DNA of 64,000 bases from an uncultured Omnitrophica bacterium. GTDB lineage: Bacteria; Omnitrophota; Gorgyraeia; JACQQV01. Where the stretch lies: contig CAMTXH010000010.1 of assembly GCA_947085655.1 (NCBI GenBank), forward strand, positions 18,015-82,014, read 5' to 3'. The notes beneath the pieces were generated by a model. It worked only from the letters and a program-made list of their open reading frames with translations, did not search any database and was not told where the DNA came from. This document shows, piece after piece, positions 19,235 through 28,956 of this stretch. The position numbers and the translations under genes are program-made. Each line of letters begins with the position of its first letter. Position 1 is the stretch's first letter.

Positions 19235-20440
19235 CTAAGTCCGATAATGGGCGTTGATCCGGACATACTCCTCCGAAAGGTCCGAGCTCCACATGGAGGC
19301 CTTTCCCTTCCCGGCGCCAAGATCCACCCGGATCTCAAGAGGAGACTGCTCCGCTTTTTGCTTCAGCCGGCGGAGCGTCCCCGGAACCGGGTTTCCCCTC
19401 CGGACACACGAGACTCCGCCGAACGCGATGGAAAGACGATTCGGGGAAAAAAAGGCACCGCTTGCCCCCACACTAGCAGCGACCCGGCCCCAGTTCGGAT
19501 CCCGCCCGTAAAGCGCGGTCTTCACCAGATTCGAATTGGCCACAAACCGGCATGCCCGGAGTGCTTGTGCGTCGCTTCTTGCGCCGGTGACCTTTACCTG
19601 AGCGATCCGTGTGGCCCCTTCCCCGTCCTCGACCAATTTTCTGGCAAGGAGTTCCATCAGTTCCAAAAGTCCCTTTTCAAAGCGTTTGAAAGCCGCTTGA
19701 CCAGCGGAGGTGAGCGGCTCGGCTCCGGAGAACCCGTTGGCCAAAATCAAAACCATGTCGTTCGGGCTTGTATCCCCGTCCACCGTAATCCGGTTGAATG
19801 TCACCTCTACCGATTCCCGGAGAACCGACTGCAAAAGAGTCCGCTTGACGGCAACGTCGGTTGTGAAAAACCCGAGCATCGTGGCCATTTGCGGATGAAT
19901 CATGCCGGACCCTTTGCAGACCGCCCCGATATGGCAGATTCTTTTTCCCAACCGAAACCGCAAGGATGCCTCCTTGATCTTTTTATCGGTCGTCAGGATC
20001 GACTCTGCAAACTCAAGATGTCTTTTCCGGTTAAGGTCCGATACCAAAACCGGAATCTTCCGCGCAATCCGCTCCATCGGAAGAAACTCACCGATTAAAC
20101 CGGTCGAGCAGACGCCGACCCATCGCCTTGGGATCCCAAGGGCCTTTGCCGCCAAAAGCGCCATCCGTTTTGCATCCGAGAGTCCCCGTTTTCCGGTGCA
20201 GCAGTTGGCATTTCCGCTGTTCGCAATCACCGCCTGAAGCCGACCCTGTTTCAGATGCTCCCGGGTAATGACAAGAGGCGCGCCCTGCAGGCGGCTTTTT
20301 GTAAAAACGGCCGCCGCCGTTGCCGGGATTTGCGAATACAAAAGACCCAAGTCCCGCGCAAATTGTTTGATGCCTGACCGGACACCGCTTGAGAGAAACC
20401 CCTCCGGCGCCGTCACCCCTCCCCGGACCCATTCCATCAA
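19235..20440 (-). CDS. argJ: Ornithine acetyltransferase / N-acetylglutamate synthase
   Basis: NSGNANC, KGSGMIHPQMA/TML autoproteolysis site, DGEGAT, DPNWGR. Confidence 0.97.
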   Translation of the reverse strand: MMEWVRGGVTAPEGFLSSGVRSGIKQFARDLGLLYSQIPATAAAVFTKSRLQGAPLVITREHLKQGRLQAVIANSGNANCCTGKRGLSDAKRMALLAAKALGIPRRWVGVCSTGLIGEFLPMERIARKIPVLVSDLNRKRHLEFAESILTTDKKIKEASLRFRLGKRICHIGAVCKGSGMIHPQMATMLGFFTTDVAVKRTLLQSVLRESVEVTFNRITVDGDTSPNDMVLILANGFSGAEPLTSAGQAAFKRFEKGLLELMELLARKLVEDGEGATRIAQVKVTGARSDAQALRACRFVANSNLVKTALYGRDPNWGRVAASVGASGAFFSPNRLSIAFGGVSCVRRGNPVPGTLRRLKQKAEQSPLEIRVDLGAGKGKASMWSSDLSEEYVRINAHYRT

Positions 20441-21471
20441 AGAAGCCCTTCCGTCTCTCCAAGACCCGAGAGGAGATTAAAATTCTGAATCGCCTGCCCC
20501 GCCGCACCCTTCACCAGATTGTCCAGTGCCGAGACAATAATGGCTGTTTTCCGTTTCGCATCCACCTGGATGCCGATATCGCAAAAGTTTGTATAGAGAA
20601 CCTGCTTAATTTCGGGAAAGACCCCTTCCGGAAGAATCCGGATGAAGGGTTCCTTCTCATAAAAGGTCCGGTATTTCGCAATCAACGCCGAGGCGGAAAG
20701 ATTCTCCGAGAGATTGACGTACAGCGTTGCCAAAAGCCCCCGATTAATCGGAACAAGATGAGGGGTAAAAACAAGCAAGACACTCTCCCCGGCCAGATCT
20801 TTTAAAATCTCTTCCATCTCCGGAACATGCTGATGAACCCCGACTTTGTACGCTTTGAAACTTTCGTTTACTTCGGCGAACTGAAGATCTCCGGAAATTT
20901 TCCGCCCCGCTCCGGTCACGCCGCTTTTGGCGTCCGCAATCAAAAACCGCGCCCCCCTCCCGCCCTTGACGAGCGGTGCGGCCGCCAATAGGACCGCGGT
21001 CGGATAACAACCGGGGTTTGCCACGAGTGTCGAGTTCCGGATTTTCTCCCGGTAAAATTCAGGAAGGCCATAGACCGAGTCCTTCAGAAATTCCGGATGG
21101 AGATGCTTGGTTTGATAAGCCGCTTCATACTCGCCCGCTTCCTTCAGCCGGAAATCGGCGGAAAGGTCCACCACCTTTTTACCCGCCTTGAGGATCGGGG
21201 CGACCCTCTGCATGGAGATGGTATGCGGAAGGGCGAGAAAAACTACATCGCATCCTTTGGCCATCACCTCCGGCGGATGGTCCTCGCAGACCAGGTCGAT
21301 CCGCTTTGCAAAAGCGGGGAAGAGTTCCCCGACCGGCTTCGGTTTTTCCGCCCGTGCTGAAAGGCAGCAAATCCGGACAGAGGGGTGGTGTAGTAAAAGC
21401 CGGAGGAGTTCCTGGCCGGTATATCCCCCGACTCCCATAATGCCGACGCTGATTTTTTTCGGGTTTTCCAT
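20437..21471 (-). CDS. argC: N-acetyl-gamma-glutamyl-phosphate reductase
   Basis: ANPGCYPT, SGVTGAGR, DNLVKGAAGQA; ATG at 21471 has an SD-like AAGGA upstream. Confidence 0.97.
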   Translation of the reverse strand: MENPKKISVGIMGVGGYTGQELLRLLLHHPSVRICCLSARAEKPKPVGELFPAFAKRIDLVCEDHPPEVMAKGCDVVFLALPHTISMQRVAPILKAGKKVVDLSADFRLKEAGEYEAAYQTKHLHPEFLKDSVYGLPEFYREKIRNSTLVANPGCYPTAVLLAAAPLVKGGRGARFLIADAKSGVTGAGRKISGDLQFAEVNESFKAYKVGVHQHVPEMEEILKDLAGESVLLVFTPHLVPINRGLLATLYVNLSENLSASALIAKYRTFYEKEPFIRILPEGVFPEIKQVLYTNFCDIGIQVDAKRKTAIIVSALDNLVKGAAGQAIQNFNLLSGLGETEGLL

Positions 21472-21523
21472 TGAATCGCTTTCCTTTAGAACCCCTTTTA
21501 TTTTAAAGGGATACATTTAGTCT

Positions 21524-21579
21524 AAAATAAAAAACCTATTCTGTCAACGAGTCCCGTCGGGACGAACAGAATAGGTTTT
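21524..21579 (-). terminator. Probable terminator after rpsI
   Basis: 14-bp IR aaaacctattctgt/acagaataggtttt with inner gtccc..gggac hairpin, followed by a T-rich tract on the minus strand. Confidence 0.65.
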
Positions 21580-21635
21580 GACTTCAAACTCTGAACTGCC
21601 AACTACCAACTACAAACTACCAACTACAAACTCCC
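21580..21635. repeat. Heptamer tandem repeat (AACTNNN x7-8)
   Basis: gacttca aactctg aactgcc aactacc aactaca aactacc aactaca aactccc. Confidence 0.9.
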
Positions 21636-21639
21636 AAAC

Positions 21640-22044
21640 CTAACGCTTCGTCCACTGGAACTTTTTGCGGGCTCCTTTTTGGCCGTACTTCTTCCGTTCC
21701 TTCATCCGGGGATCCCGCGTGAGGAAGCCTCCGCGGCGAAGCACCGGACGAAGAGTAGGATCGGCCTTAATCAGGGCACGCGCAATGGCGTGACGAAGCG
21801 CACCGGCCTGTCCGGACAAACCTCCTCCCAACACCCTTGCGACCAAATGAAATTTCTCCTTGGTCTGCGTCGCTACAAAGGGCTGAAGTGACACGACCTG
21901 ATGCGTCGGAATTCTGAAATATTCGGAGAGTGGCTTTCCGTTCACCTCGATGGCTCCTGCTCCCGGAAAAAGACGGACCTGGGCGATTGATTCCTTCCGC
22001 CGCCCTGTTGCCGTCACCACACCCGAAACGATTGTTTCTTCCAT
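21640..22044 (-). CDS. rpsI: 30S ribosomal protein S9
   Basis: TGRRK, GGGLSGQAGA, LTRDPRMKERKKYG, QWTKR. Confidence 0.99.
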   Translation of the reverse strand: MEETIVSGVVTATGRRKESIAQVRLFPGAGAIEVNGKPLSEYFRIPTHQVVSLQPFVATQTKEKFHLVARVLGGGLSGQAGALRHAIARALIKADPTLRPVLRRGGFLTRDPRMKERKKYGQKGARKKFQWTKR

Positions 22045-22490
22045 TAGGATGTTTTCTCTTTCTGGACTTCTTTTTCTTTCACTTTGACATGGGGCTCTTC
22101 ACCCCGGTACACCTTCAACTTCTGGAAAATTCTTTCCCCCAGGGGACTCCGAGGAAGCATCCCTCGGACCGCATGCTGAATCACTTTTTCAGGGGATTCC
22201 TGAAGCATTTTTTCAAGAGGGATCTTTTTTAACCCACCCGGATAACCGGAATACCGCGTATAAATCTTCTCCTTCAGTTTGTTGCCGGTGACCCGAATCC
22301 CCCCGGCATTGACTACCACCACCGGATCCCCCGAATCCTGATGATAGGAGAAAAAGGGCTTCTGCTTTCCCCGGAGAAGCTGCGCCACCTCCTGGGCAAC
22401 CCGCCCAAGGATTTTTCCATTCGCATCCACCCGGTGCTGCTTTCTTATAATTGGCTTTGTATAATGGACTTGTGTCAGTTTCTGCATCAT
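22044..22490 (-). CDS. rplM: 50S ribosomal protein L13
   Basis: [28 protein letters not shown]. Confidence 0.98.
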   Translation of the reverse strand: MMQKLTQVHYTKPIIRKQHRVDANGKILGRVAQEVAQLLRGKQKPFFSYHQDSGDPVVVVNAGGIRVTGNKLKEKIYTRYSGYPGGLKKIPLEKMLQESPEKVIQHAVRGMLPRSPLGERIFQKLKVYRGEEPHVKVKEKEVQKEKTS

Positions 22491-22510
22491 GGGTACCGGA
22501 ATAGCGAATA

Positions 22511-22539
22511 ACTATACCAGACAAAACCGGTCCTGTCAA
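22511..22539 (-). promoter_or_regulatory. Sigma70 promoter of rplM-rpsI
   Basis: TTGACA-17 bp-TATAGT. Confidence 0.8.
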
Positions 22540-24620
22540 GTCTGATTCAAAAGGGCCTTTGCCTCTCGAATCTTCCCCTGAAGCACTTCCTGTCCCCTGG
22601 GAGACTTCTCCAAAAGGAGGGCCCTCCGCCACCAGAAGATCGCCTCCTCATACCGCCCCAGATTTCCGAAACTCACACCCAGATTATAGGCAAGACTCGC
22701 ATCCTTCGGCCTGTATTGAACCGTTTTTTGAAGCCAGTGGATCGCTTCGGGATACCGGCCGAGCTGCCCCAGGGCAATCCCAAATCCATTCCAGACTTCC
22801 GGATCAGAGGGGATGAGCCGGCGGGCGCTTTGAAAGGCGGCAAAGGCCTCCCCCGAGCGGCCATGATGGAGATAGAAAAGTCCGAGCTGGAGATGGAGAT
22901 AGGCCTCCTCATCCGCAAAAGTGTAAAGGACCTCAAGGAGTTTTTCCGCCTCTTCTTTTTCCCCTGATGCGAGGAGTCCTTGCGTTTTCATGGAAAGATA
23001 ATGGAAAAGAATATACTTCTCAAAGAGATCTTTGGCCGGAAGCTGTTCCGGATCCCGAATCCGATAAGTCTCCCAGGAAAAAGAGGGGGCTTCTTTTCCC
23101 TCCGGGACAAGCCGATAAAGGATCCCTCTGGGCTTCAGGTGGATGTTTCCAGGATGCCCCGGATAGGAAAGAGGACGAAGGTTCGTATAGACCGGCGCTC
23201 TGGGATTCGAGGAGAGAAACTTAAAGAAACTTTTTTTCTGGAGAATCGGAAAAGAGCCCGGTTGTTCCAAACCGTAGACGGAGACATCCGGCCTGAGCCG
23301 TTCGATTTGCTGGAGATAGGCGAGGATGAATTGCGCATCGTCTCCGGAGATGAAAAGAATCCCATTTTCTTCAACCGTTGCAAGAAGATCCCTTCCGTAA
23401 TCTTCGGCAATCCGGTGACGGCTCAAATCATTTGCCGGAAAGTGCACCAAAAGAAGAAAAAGGGGAAACGACAGCGAGAGCATCCGGAGCGACGGTGTCC
23501 TTTTGAAACAGAAAGAGATGACTTCCGCCATGCCGACTCCCCAAAAAAGCGAAAGAACAAGCCAGGCAGGAAGATAAAACGGGCGGATGAGGTAAAACCC
23601 GACGGCGCCCGGTTCGAAATTCATCGCCAAAATCAAAAGAAAGCTCACCTCCAAAAAAAGAAAAGCGGCAAAAAATCCGAGCCGGGGAGAGGCCTTCCAG
23701 AGCCGCCATAAACCGAAAGGAACAAACCCCCACAAAAGAGCCGGGGCCTGTTGGTCAAGGGCAACTCCGAAGGAACGGAGTTGGGCTCCATACATCAAGA
23801 GATTCCGGGTCGCTCCGATACCCCGGTATTGGAAGCGAAGAACATGGTTCAGTATGCTTTTCCAATTCGGGATGACTCCCCAGTGCATCGGCGGATCGCT
23901 GAGCGCCCGAAGCGGCAGGTAAAGATAGACGGAAAGGCCTATAAGGAAAAAAAAGCAAGAACCGGCTAAAAAACCGGCGCTTTTGAGACGGGCCGGCCCC
24001 TCCAATAAAATCATCAAAAAAAGAAGCGGGGCAAAGACGAGAAGAGTCTGATGATTGCCAAGGCCCAACCCGAAAAGGAAAGTGATGAGGAAAAAAAGAG
24101 AATCGGATTTCTCCACAACCCATCGGATGCTCAAATATAAAAGGAGCGCCACAAAAAAAGCATGGAGGGTGTAAACCTCGGCACTCAGGGATTGAAACCA
24201 GACATCCTTCAGCAATCCGTAAAAACAAGCGCCGGAAAGGGCGAAAAGAGGGCGGCCGGATGAAGCAATCCCCGTGACGGAAAAAAGCCGCAATAAAATC
24301 AGGTAAACCATTCCGGCCGTCAAAGCGGAAAAAAAAGCCGAAAAAAGATTCAACCGGTAGGCGACATTTCCGAATGGAAGAAAGGTGAAGAGCTTGCCCA
24401 GAAGACAAAAAAGCGGATAGCCGGGAGGATGGGGAATACCGAGGGTGTGAGCGGCGGTAATGAGTTCACCGCTATCCCCGGTAAAGACAGAGGGACAGAG
24501 CGTCCTCCCATAAATCAGGAAAGGGACGAAAAGGGCGAGGAAAAAAAAGAGGGTGTCAGCCCTTCCGGCGGCGGATGAGTCTTTCAAAGAAAAGTCTCCA
24601 AACCGTAAAAAACGCTTCAA
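22536..24620 (-). CDS. DUF2723 (TMEM260-like) GT-C membrane glycosyltransferase with C-terminal TPRs
   Basis: GDSGEL...LGIPHPPGYPL, AEVYTL, GLGNH, YLPLR, many TM segments, TPR tail. Confidence 0.88.
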   Translation of the reverse strand: MKRFLRFGDFSLKDSSAAGRADTLFFFLALFVPFLIYGRTLCPSVFTGDSGELITAAHTLGIPHPPGYPLFCLLGKLFTFLPFGNVAYRLNLFSAFFSALTAGMVYLILLRLFSVTGIASSGRPLFALSGACFYGLLKDVWFQSLSAEVYTLHAFFVALLLYLSIRWVVEKSDSLFFLITFLFGLGLGNHQTLLVFAPLLFLMILLEGPARLKSAGFLAGSCFFFLIGLSVYLYLPLRALSDPPMHWGVIPNWKSILNHVLRFQYRGIGATRNLLMYGAQLRSFGVALDQQAPALLWGFVPFGLWRLWKASPRLGFFAAFLFLEVSFLLILAMNFEPGAVGFYLIRPFYLPAWLVLSLFWGVGMAEVISFCFKRTPSLRMLSLSFPLFLLLVHFPANDLSRHRIAEDYGRDLLATVEENGILFISGDDAQFILAYLQQIERLRPDVSVYGLEQPGSFPILQKKSFFKFLSSNPRAPVYTNLRPLSYPGHPGNIHLKPRGILYRLVPEGKEAPSFSWETYRIRDPEQLPAKDLFEKYILFHYLSMKTQGLLASGEKEEAEKLLEVLYTFADEEAYLHLQLGLFYLHHGRSGEAFAAFQSARRLIPSDPEVWNGFGIALGQLGRYPEAIHWLQKTVQYRPKDASLAYNLGVSFGNLGRYEEAIFWWRRALLLEKSPRGQEVLQGKIREAKALLNQT

Positions 24621-25275
24621 AGATAATCGCCCACGTCATCTTGGAAACGCCGACATTCCGGTCGGCAAAAATGATAGGAATCTCCGCATGTCGAAGTCCC
24701 ATCCGGTAGAGGAGGACATTGACCTCGATCTGGAAAGAATAGCCGTCCGAGCGGATTTTGGAAAAATCGAGTCGCTGGAGGGCTTCCCGCCGGAAGGCCT
24801 TGAAGCCGGCGGTTAAATCACGAATCGGGACACCGGTCATCCATTTTGCCCACCGGGTTGCGCAGTAACTGAGGAGGAGTCGGCCCATCGGCCAATCGAC
24901 CACACTCACTCCCTTGATATAACGGGAACCGATCGCCCAATCCGCCTCTTTGAGCGCCTCGACCATGAGAGGCAAATACTTGGGATCATGGGAAAAATCG
25001 CCGTCCATCTCAAAGAGGATGTCCGCTCCCTTGTCTATCGCGGCCTGAAACCCGGTGAGATAAGCACTCCCAAGCCCCATTTTTCCCGGCCGCTCCAAAA
25101 GATGAATCCGCGGATTTTTTTCCTGAAGCCGCCTCACCACATCGGCGGTCCCGTCCGGAGAATGGTCATCCACCACCAAAACCTCAAGATCCAGACCAAG
25201 TCCAAAAAGAGCCGTGATGAGTTCCTCGATGGTGTCCGCTTCGTCGTAGGTCGGGATGATGATGAAAACTTTCAT
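24556..25275 (-). CDS. Polyprenol monophosphomannose synthase (DPM1-like GT2)
   Basis: IIPTY.E, VDDHSPDGT, GLGSAY, EMDGDFSHDP, GYSFQIE, G.SKM; start 25275 coupled to upstream stop. Confidence 0.92.
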   Translation of the reverse strand: MKVFIIIPTYDEADTIEELITALFGLGLDLEVLVVDDHSPDGTADVVRRLQEKNPRIHLLERPGKMGLGSAYLTGFQAAIDKGADILFEMDGDFSHDPKYLPLMVEALKEADWAIGSRYIKGVSVVDWPMGRLLLSYCATRWAKWMTGVPIRDLTAGFKAFRREALQRLDFSKIRSDGYSFQIEVNVLLYRMGLRHAEIPIIFADRNVGVSKMTWAIIFEAFFTVWRLFFERLIRRRKG

Positions 25276-26159
25276 GGCGTTTGTTTCCGGACTTGAAAGA
25301 CGAGGAGGTTCCCTGTTCCGCATAGAGAAGAAAGGCCATTCAAAACAAATGAGAAAGGGATACCCAAAACGGCCATTTTCTCAAGAAAAGCATCAGATCC
25401 CCGAACCCGGAGGGTATCTTCCAGAACATAAAAAAGACTCCGGATCCAGGGTCCCGGCATGAGCCAATCGTTCCTTTTTTGAATGATGTGAAAGCCGGTT
25501 TCGAAGAGAAGTCGTTCAAGGGTCTCGGCGGAAAAGTGGGAGAGGTGCCTTGGAACATCCAGAAGATGGGAAGCCCCCTTGAAAATGCGTATCTCCATCC
25601 CCTTTATATTAGGCACACTGACGAGCATTTGTCCATCCCTTTTCAAAACCCGGCACATCTCCCGAAGGGTCTTCCGGGGGTCCGGAACATGTTCCAGAAA
25701 ATGCCAGGCAACGATCCCGTCAAAAAAGTCGGAGGGGTAACTCGCTTTCTCCAGCGTTCCCTGAAAAAACCGGATCCCTGCCACCTCAGGCGGCGGACCG
25801 AAATCACAGCCGAACGGTTCCATCCCTTTCCGGGCCAGATACGCCAGATAAAGGCCGCTGCCGCATCCGATATCAAGAACTCGCCCTCCCGGCTTTAAAA
25901 AAAGGGAGCGGGTCAGCCGGAAATAAAAAGGATAAAGACCCCTTAAAATCCCTTTCCCCTTCTGCCAGGGGATATAAGAGGAAGGATAAAGTGATTGAAG
26001 GATTTCGTCGGCAGGGCGGGGATTGGTGAAGCAAAACGTACACGCATCGCACCGGACCACCGTAAGACGGGACCGATCGGAAGAGAGCCGGTCCTTCCCG
26101 GTTAAAAAGGGGCTAAAACGTCCCGCCCCGCAGAGAGGGCACTGGGTCAGGGTGATCAT
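25272..26159 (-). CDS. Class I SAM methyltransferase with N-terminal Zn ribbon
   Basis: CPLCG...CDAC, LDIGCGSG, WHFLEHVPDP, DVPRHL; ATG at 26159 preferred. Confidence 0.88.
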   Translation of the reverse strand: MITLTQCPLCGAGRFSPFLTGKDRLSSDRSRLTVVRCDACTFCFTNPRPADEILQSLYPSSYIPWQKGKGILRGLYPFYFRLTRSLFLKPGGRVLDIGCGSGLYLAYLARKGMEPFGCDFGPPPEVAGIRFFQGTLEKASYPSDFFDGIVAWHFLEHVPDPRKTLREMCRVLKRDGQMLVSVPNIKGMEIRIFKGASHLLDVPRHLSHFSAETLERLLFETGFHIIQKRNDWLMPGPWIRSLFYVLEDTLRVRGSDAFLEKMAVLGIPFSFVLNGLSSLCGTGNLLVFQVRKQTP

Positions 26160-27214
26160 TCCGGACGAGACGGCTTCCATCGGAGGCCATTGAATGTCTT
26201 CTTCCCCTGGAAGAAATAGTCGATAACAACACTTCCCGGATAAACCGGAACCGTCGCAGGGAGTAGATGGTGCTCTTTCGGGGAAAGTGTTTTTCTTTTC
26301 CGAAGAGTTTCTCCGAGATGGATGAGATTCCAAAAGAGTGCCTGGATGATTCCCTTTGATTTTTGAAGGTCACCGCGAACGATCCAATAAAGGAATTCCA
26401 ATCCTTCCAAAAAGAGCCGGATGCCGAGTAAAAAAAGGAACTGCGGGAAAGGGGCGTTTTTCAGTACCATGGCAAGGTTATTCCGGTGGTTCAGATAGTT
26501 CTTCCGGAAATCGCCGTAGGGAAGCGTTGCACCTCCTTGATGATGGACGACCGATCCGGGAACAAACCGGATCCGGTAACCGAGCTGTTGAAACCGCCAA
26601 CAAAGATCGATCTCCTCCATATGGGCGAAAAAGTCTTCATCAAAACCTCCCGCTTCAATGAAAAGGTCCCGTTTCACGGCAAATGCGGTGCCGGAGGCCC
26701 AAAAAAGCTCGACCGGTGAATCGTATTGACCTTCATCTTTTTCAAGTGTCCAGAAAAGCCGCCCTCGGCAAAAGGGATATCCGAACCGGTCCAGATATCC
26801 GCCGGCGGCCCCTCCATATTCAAAAAGAGAGGGATCGGATTTTGAAAGAATTTTCGGCTGGCAGGCGGCGATGGAGGAGTCGGATTCGAGCATGTCGATG
26901 AGGGGCGGAAGCCACCCCTCTTGCACTTCCGCGTCGTCGTTGAGAATCACGGTGAAACGTCCCTTCGCTTCCCGGACGCCCCGATCGACGCTTCCCGAAA
27001 ATCCCCTGTTCTCCTGATTCCTGAGGATTTGAATTTCAGGAAAGATCTTTTTCGCTTCGGAGCTGCTTCCGTCGGTTGAGGCGTCGTCCACAAGAAGAAT
27101 TTCACGATATCCTCCCTGTCGAATGACGCTTGTGAGGCATTGTCGGAGGTGGGAAAAACCGCGGTGATGCGGGATGACGACGCTGACGTCGCGTTGCCCT
27201 GTCAGGGGACTCAT
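26156..27214 (-). CDS. GT2 family glycosyltransferase (WbbL-like)
   Basis: VDDASTDGS, LNDD, FWASG, FFAHMEEIDLCWR. Confidence 0.92.
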   Translation of the reverse strand: MSPLTGQRDVSVVIPHHRGFSHLRQCLTSVIRQGGYREILLVDDASTDGSSSEAKKIFPEIQILRNQENRGFSGSVDRGVREAKGRFTVILNDDAEVQEGWLPPLIDMLESDSSIAACQPKILSKSDPSLFEYGGAAGGYLDRFGYPFCRGRLFWTLEKDEGQYDSPVELFWASGTAFAVKRDLFIEAGGFDEDFFAHMEEIDLCWRFQQLGYRIRFVPGSVVHHQGGATLPYGDFRKNYLNHRNNLAMVLKNAPFPQFLFLLGIRLFLEGLEFLYWIVRGDLQKSKGIIQALFWNLIHLGETLRKRKTLSPKEHHLLPATVPVYPGSVVIDYFFQGKKTFNGLRWKPSRPE

Positions 27215-27954
27215 CGCGATCGGTGGGTCACCTTTAAAAGACAGAGGCCCCTGGCCGGAGCGGTCGGGCCTGCGAACCGACGGTCCTTTTTCAGGAGGAG
27301 CCGGCGGATTTCTTCCGGTTTCCGTCTTCCCCTTCCCACTTCAAGGAGTGTTCCGACGATATTCCGGACCATCTTGTACAAAAAGCCGTTTCCCTCGATT
27401 TCAATGAAAACATACGGTGAATGTCTCCGGACGGAGATCCGCCGGATCTGCCGGATGGAGGAACGCTCCTTTTTATCCTTTGCCTGAAACGATTTAAAGT
27501 TTTTCCGCCCTTTAAAATGGCCGGCGGCCCGCTTCATCGCCGAAAGATCCAGGGGTCTCGGATAAAAGGTGGTATACAAACGGTCGAAGGGGGAACGGGA
27601 GGGGTGATTCCGGAGAGTATAACGGTAGGTCTTGAGCGCTTTGTCAAAACGGGGATGGAAAGAGAGCGGAACCGATTCCACCTTGACAACCGCCACATCC
27701 GGAGGCAACAGACTGTTCAGCGCGCGTTTGAGTGCCCCACCGGAAATGGCAGAGGCGGTCTTGAAAGAGACGAGATGCCCGAGGGCATGAACGCCGGCGT
27801 CCGTCCGCCCGGAAGAAAGGAGCCGGATATTCTCTTTCAGAATTTGTCTCAACGTCTTTTGTAGAATCGCCTGCACGGTCAGGGCATTTTTTTGAACTTG
27901 AAAGCCGGCGTATCGCGTTCCGTCGTAACTCACGGTCAGCGCGAGATGTCTCAT
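27211..27954 (-). CDS. truA: tRNA pseudouridine(38-40) synthase
   Basis: YDGT.YAGFQ, GRTDAGVHA, FLYKMVR. Confidence 0.98.
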   Translation of the reverse strand: MRHLALTVSYDGTRYAGFQVQKNALTVQAILQKTLRQILKENIRLLSSGRTDAGVHALGHLVSFKTASAISGGALKRALNSLLPPDVAVVKVESVPLSFHPRFDKALKTYRYTLRNHPSRSPFDRLYTTFYPRPLDLSAMKRAAGHFKGRKNFKSFQAKDKKERSSIRQIRRISVRRHSPYVFIEIEGNGFLYKMVRNIVGTLLEVGRGRRKPEEIRRLLLKKDRRFAGPTAPARGLCLLKVTHRSR

Positions 27955-28955
27955 AAGTGCTCTGCAATCTGAACGGCGTTCAAGGCGGCTCCCTTCCGGA
28001 GGTTGTCCCCCACCACCCAGAAATTGAGTCCCGACGGAACAGTCGGGTCCTTCCGGATTCGCCCGACAAAGACATCATCCTTCCCCGCTCCATGGATCGG
28101 GAGGGGATATTCCGCCTTCTGGGGATTGTCAATCACCTGAACCCCCGGTGCCTTGGAGAGGAGTTTCCGCGCCTCTTGCGGTGAAATCGGTTTTTCAAAT
28201 TCCGCGTTGACCGATTCGGAATGGGCATAGAAGACCGGCACCCGGACCGTTGTGGCGGTAATGGCAAACGAATCGTTCATGATTTTCTGGGTCTCAAGCA
28301 TCACCTTCGTCTCCTCCCGGCTGTACCCGTCTTCCGAGAAGACGTCGATATGGGGAATGACGTTAAAGGCGATCTGATGCGGGAATTTTGAGGGCGAGGC
28401 CGCCTTTCCCTGAAGGAGTAAAGCGGTCTGATTCTTGAGTTCCTCAATCGCCTTTCCTCCCGCCCCGGAGACAGATTGATACGTGGAGACCACGACCCGC
28501 TTGACCCGGGCCCGGTCATGGAGCGGCTTGAGCACCAAAACCAGTTGAATCGTGGAGCAGTTCGGATTCGCAATGAGCCCTTTGTGGGTTTTGATGAGTT
28601 CCCCGTTCACCTCCGGCACAATCAAAGGGATATTCCTTTCCATCCGGAAGGCACTCGAGTTATCCACCACAATGCATCCTGCTTTGACCGCCTGCGGGGC
28701 GAATTCCTGGCTTCGGGAAGCCCCGGCGCTGAAAAGGGCAAGGTCCAGCCCTTCAAAGACTCCCTCCTTCAAGGTCTCAACCGGAATTTCTTTTCCGCGG
28801 AAGGAAAGCTTCATTCCTTCCGATTTTTCGGAGGCGAAAAGACGGAGACTTTTCACCGGAAAATTCCGCTCTTCCAATACACGGATCATTTCCCGGCCCA
28901 CTGCGCCGGTTGCTCCGACGATGCCGACGTTGCAAGGTTTTTTCAGTCCACCCAT
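27951..28955 (-). CDS. asd: Aspartate-semialdehyde dehydrogenase
   Basis: GATGAVG, ANPNCSTIQ, DNLRKGAALNAVQI. Confidence 0.98.
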   Translation of the reverse strand: MGGLKKPCNVGIVGATGAVGREMIRVLEERNFPVKSLRLFASEKSEGMKLSFRGKEIPVETLKEGVFEGLDLALFSAGASRSQEFAPQAVKAGCIVVDNSSAFRMERNIPLIVPEVNGELIKTHKGLIANPNCSTIQLVLVLKPLHDRARVKRVVVSTYQSVSGAGGKAIEELKNQTALLLQGKAASPSKFPHQIAFNVIPHIDVFSEDGYSREETKVMLETQKIMNDSFAITATTVRVPVFYAHSESVNAEFEKPISPQEARKLLSKAPGVQVIDNPQKAEYPLPIHGAGKDDVFVGRIRKDPTVPSGLNFWVVGDNLRKGAALNAVQIAEHL

Positions 28956-28956
28956 T

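Noticed and set aside
19034-20098. Long plus-strand ORFs (354 aa here; also 31904-32791, 40501-41424, 29350-30246 and others)
   Set aside because: Antisense shadows of well-supported minus-strand genes, with no recognisable motifs
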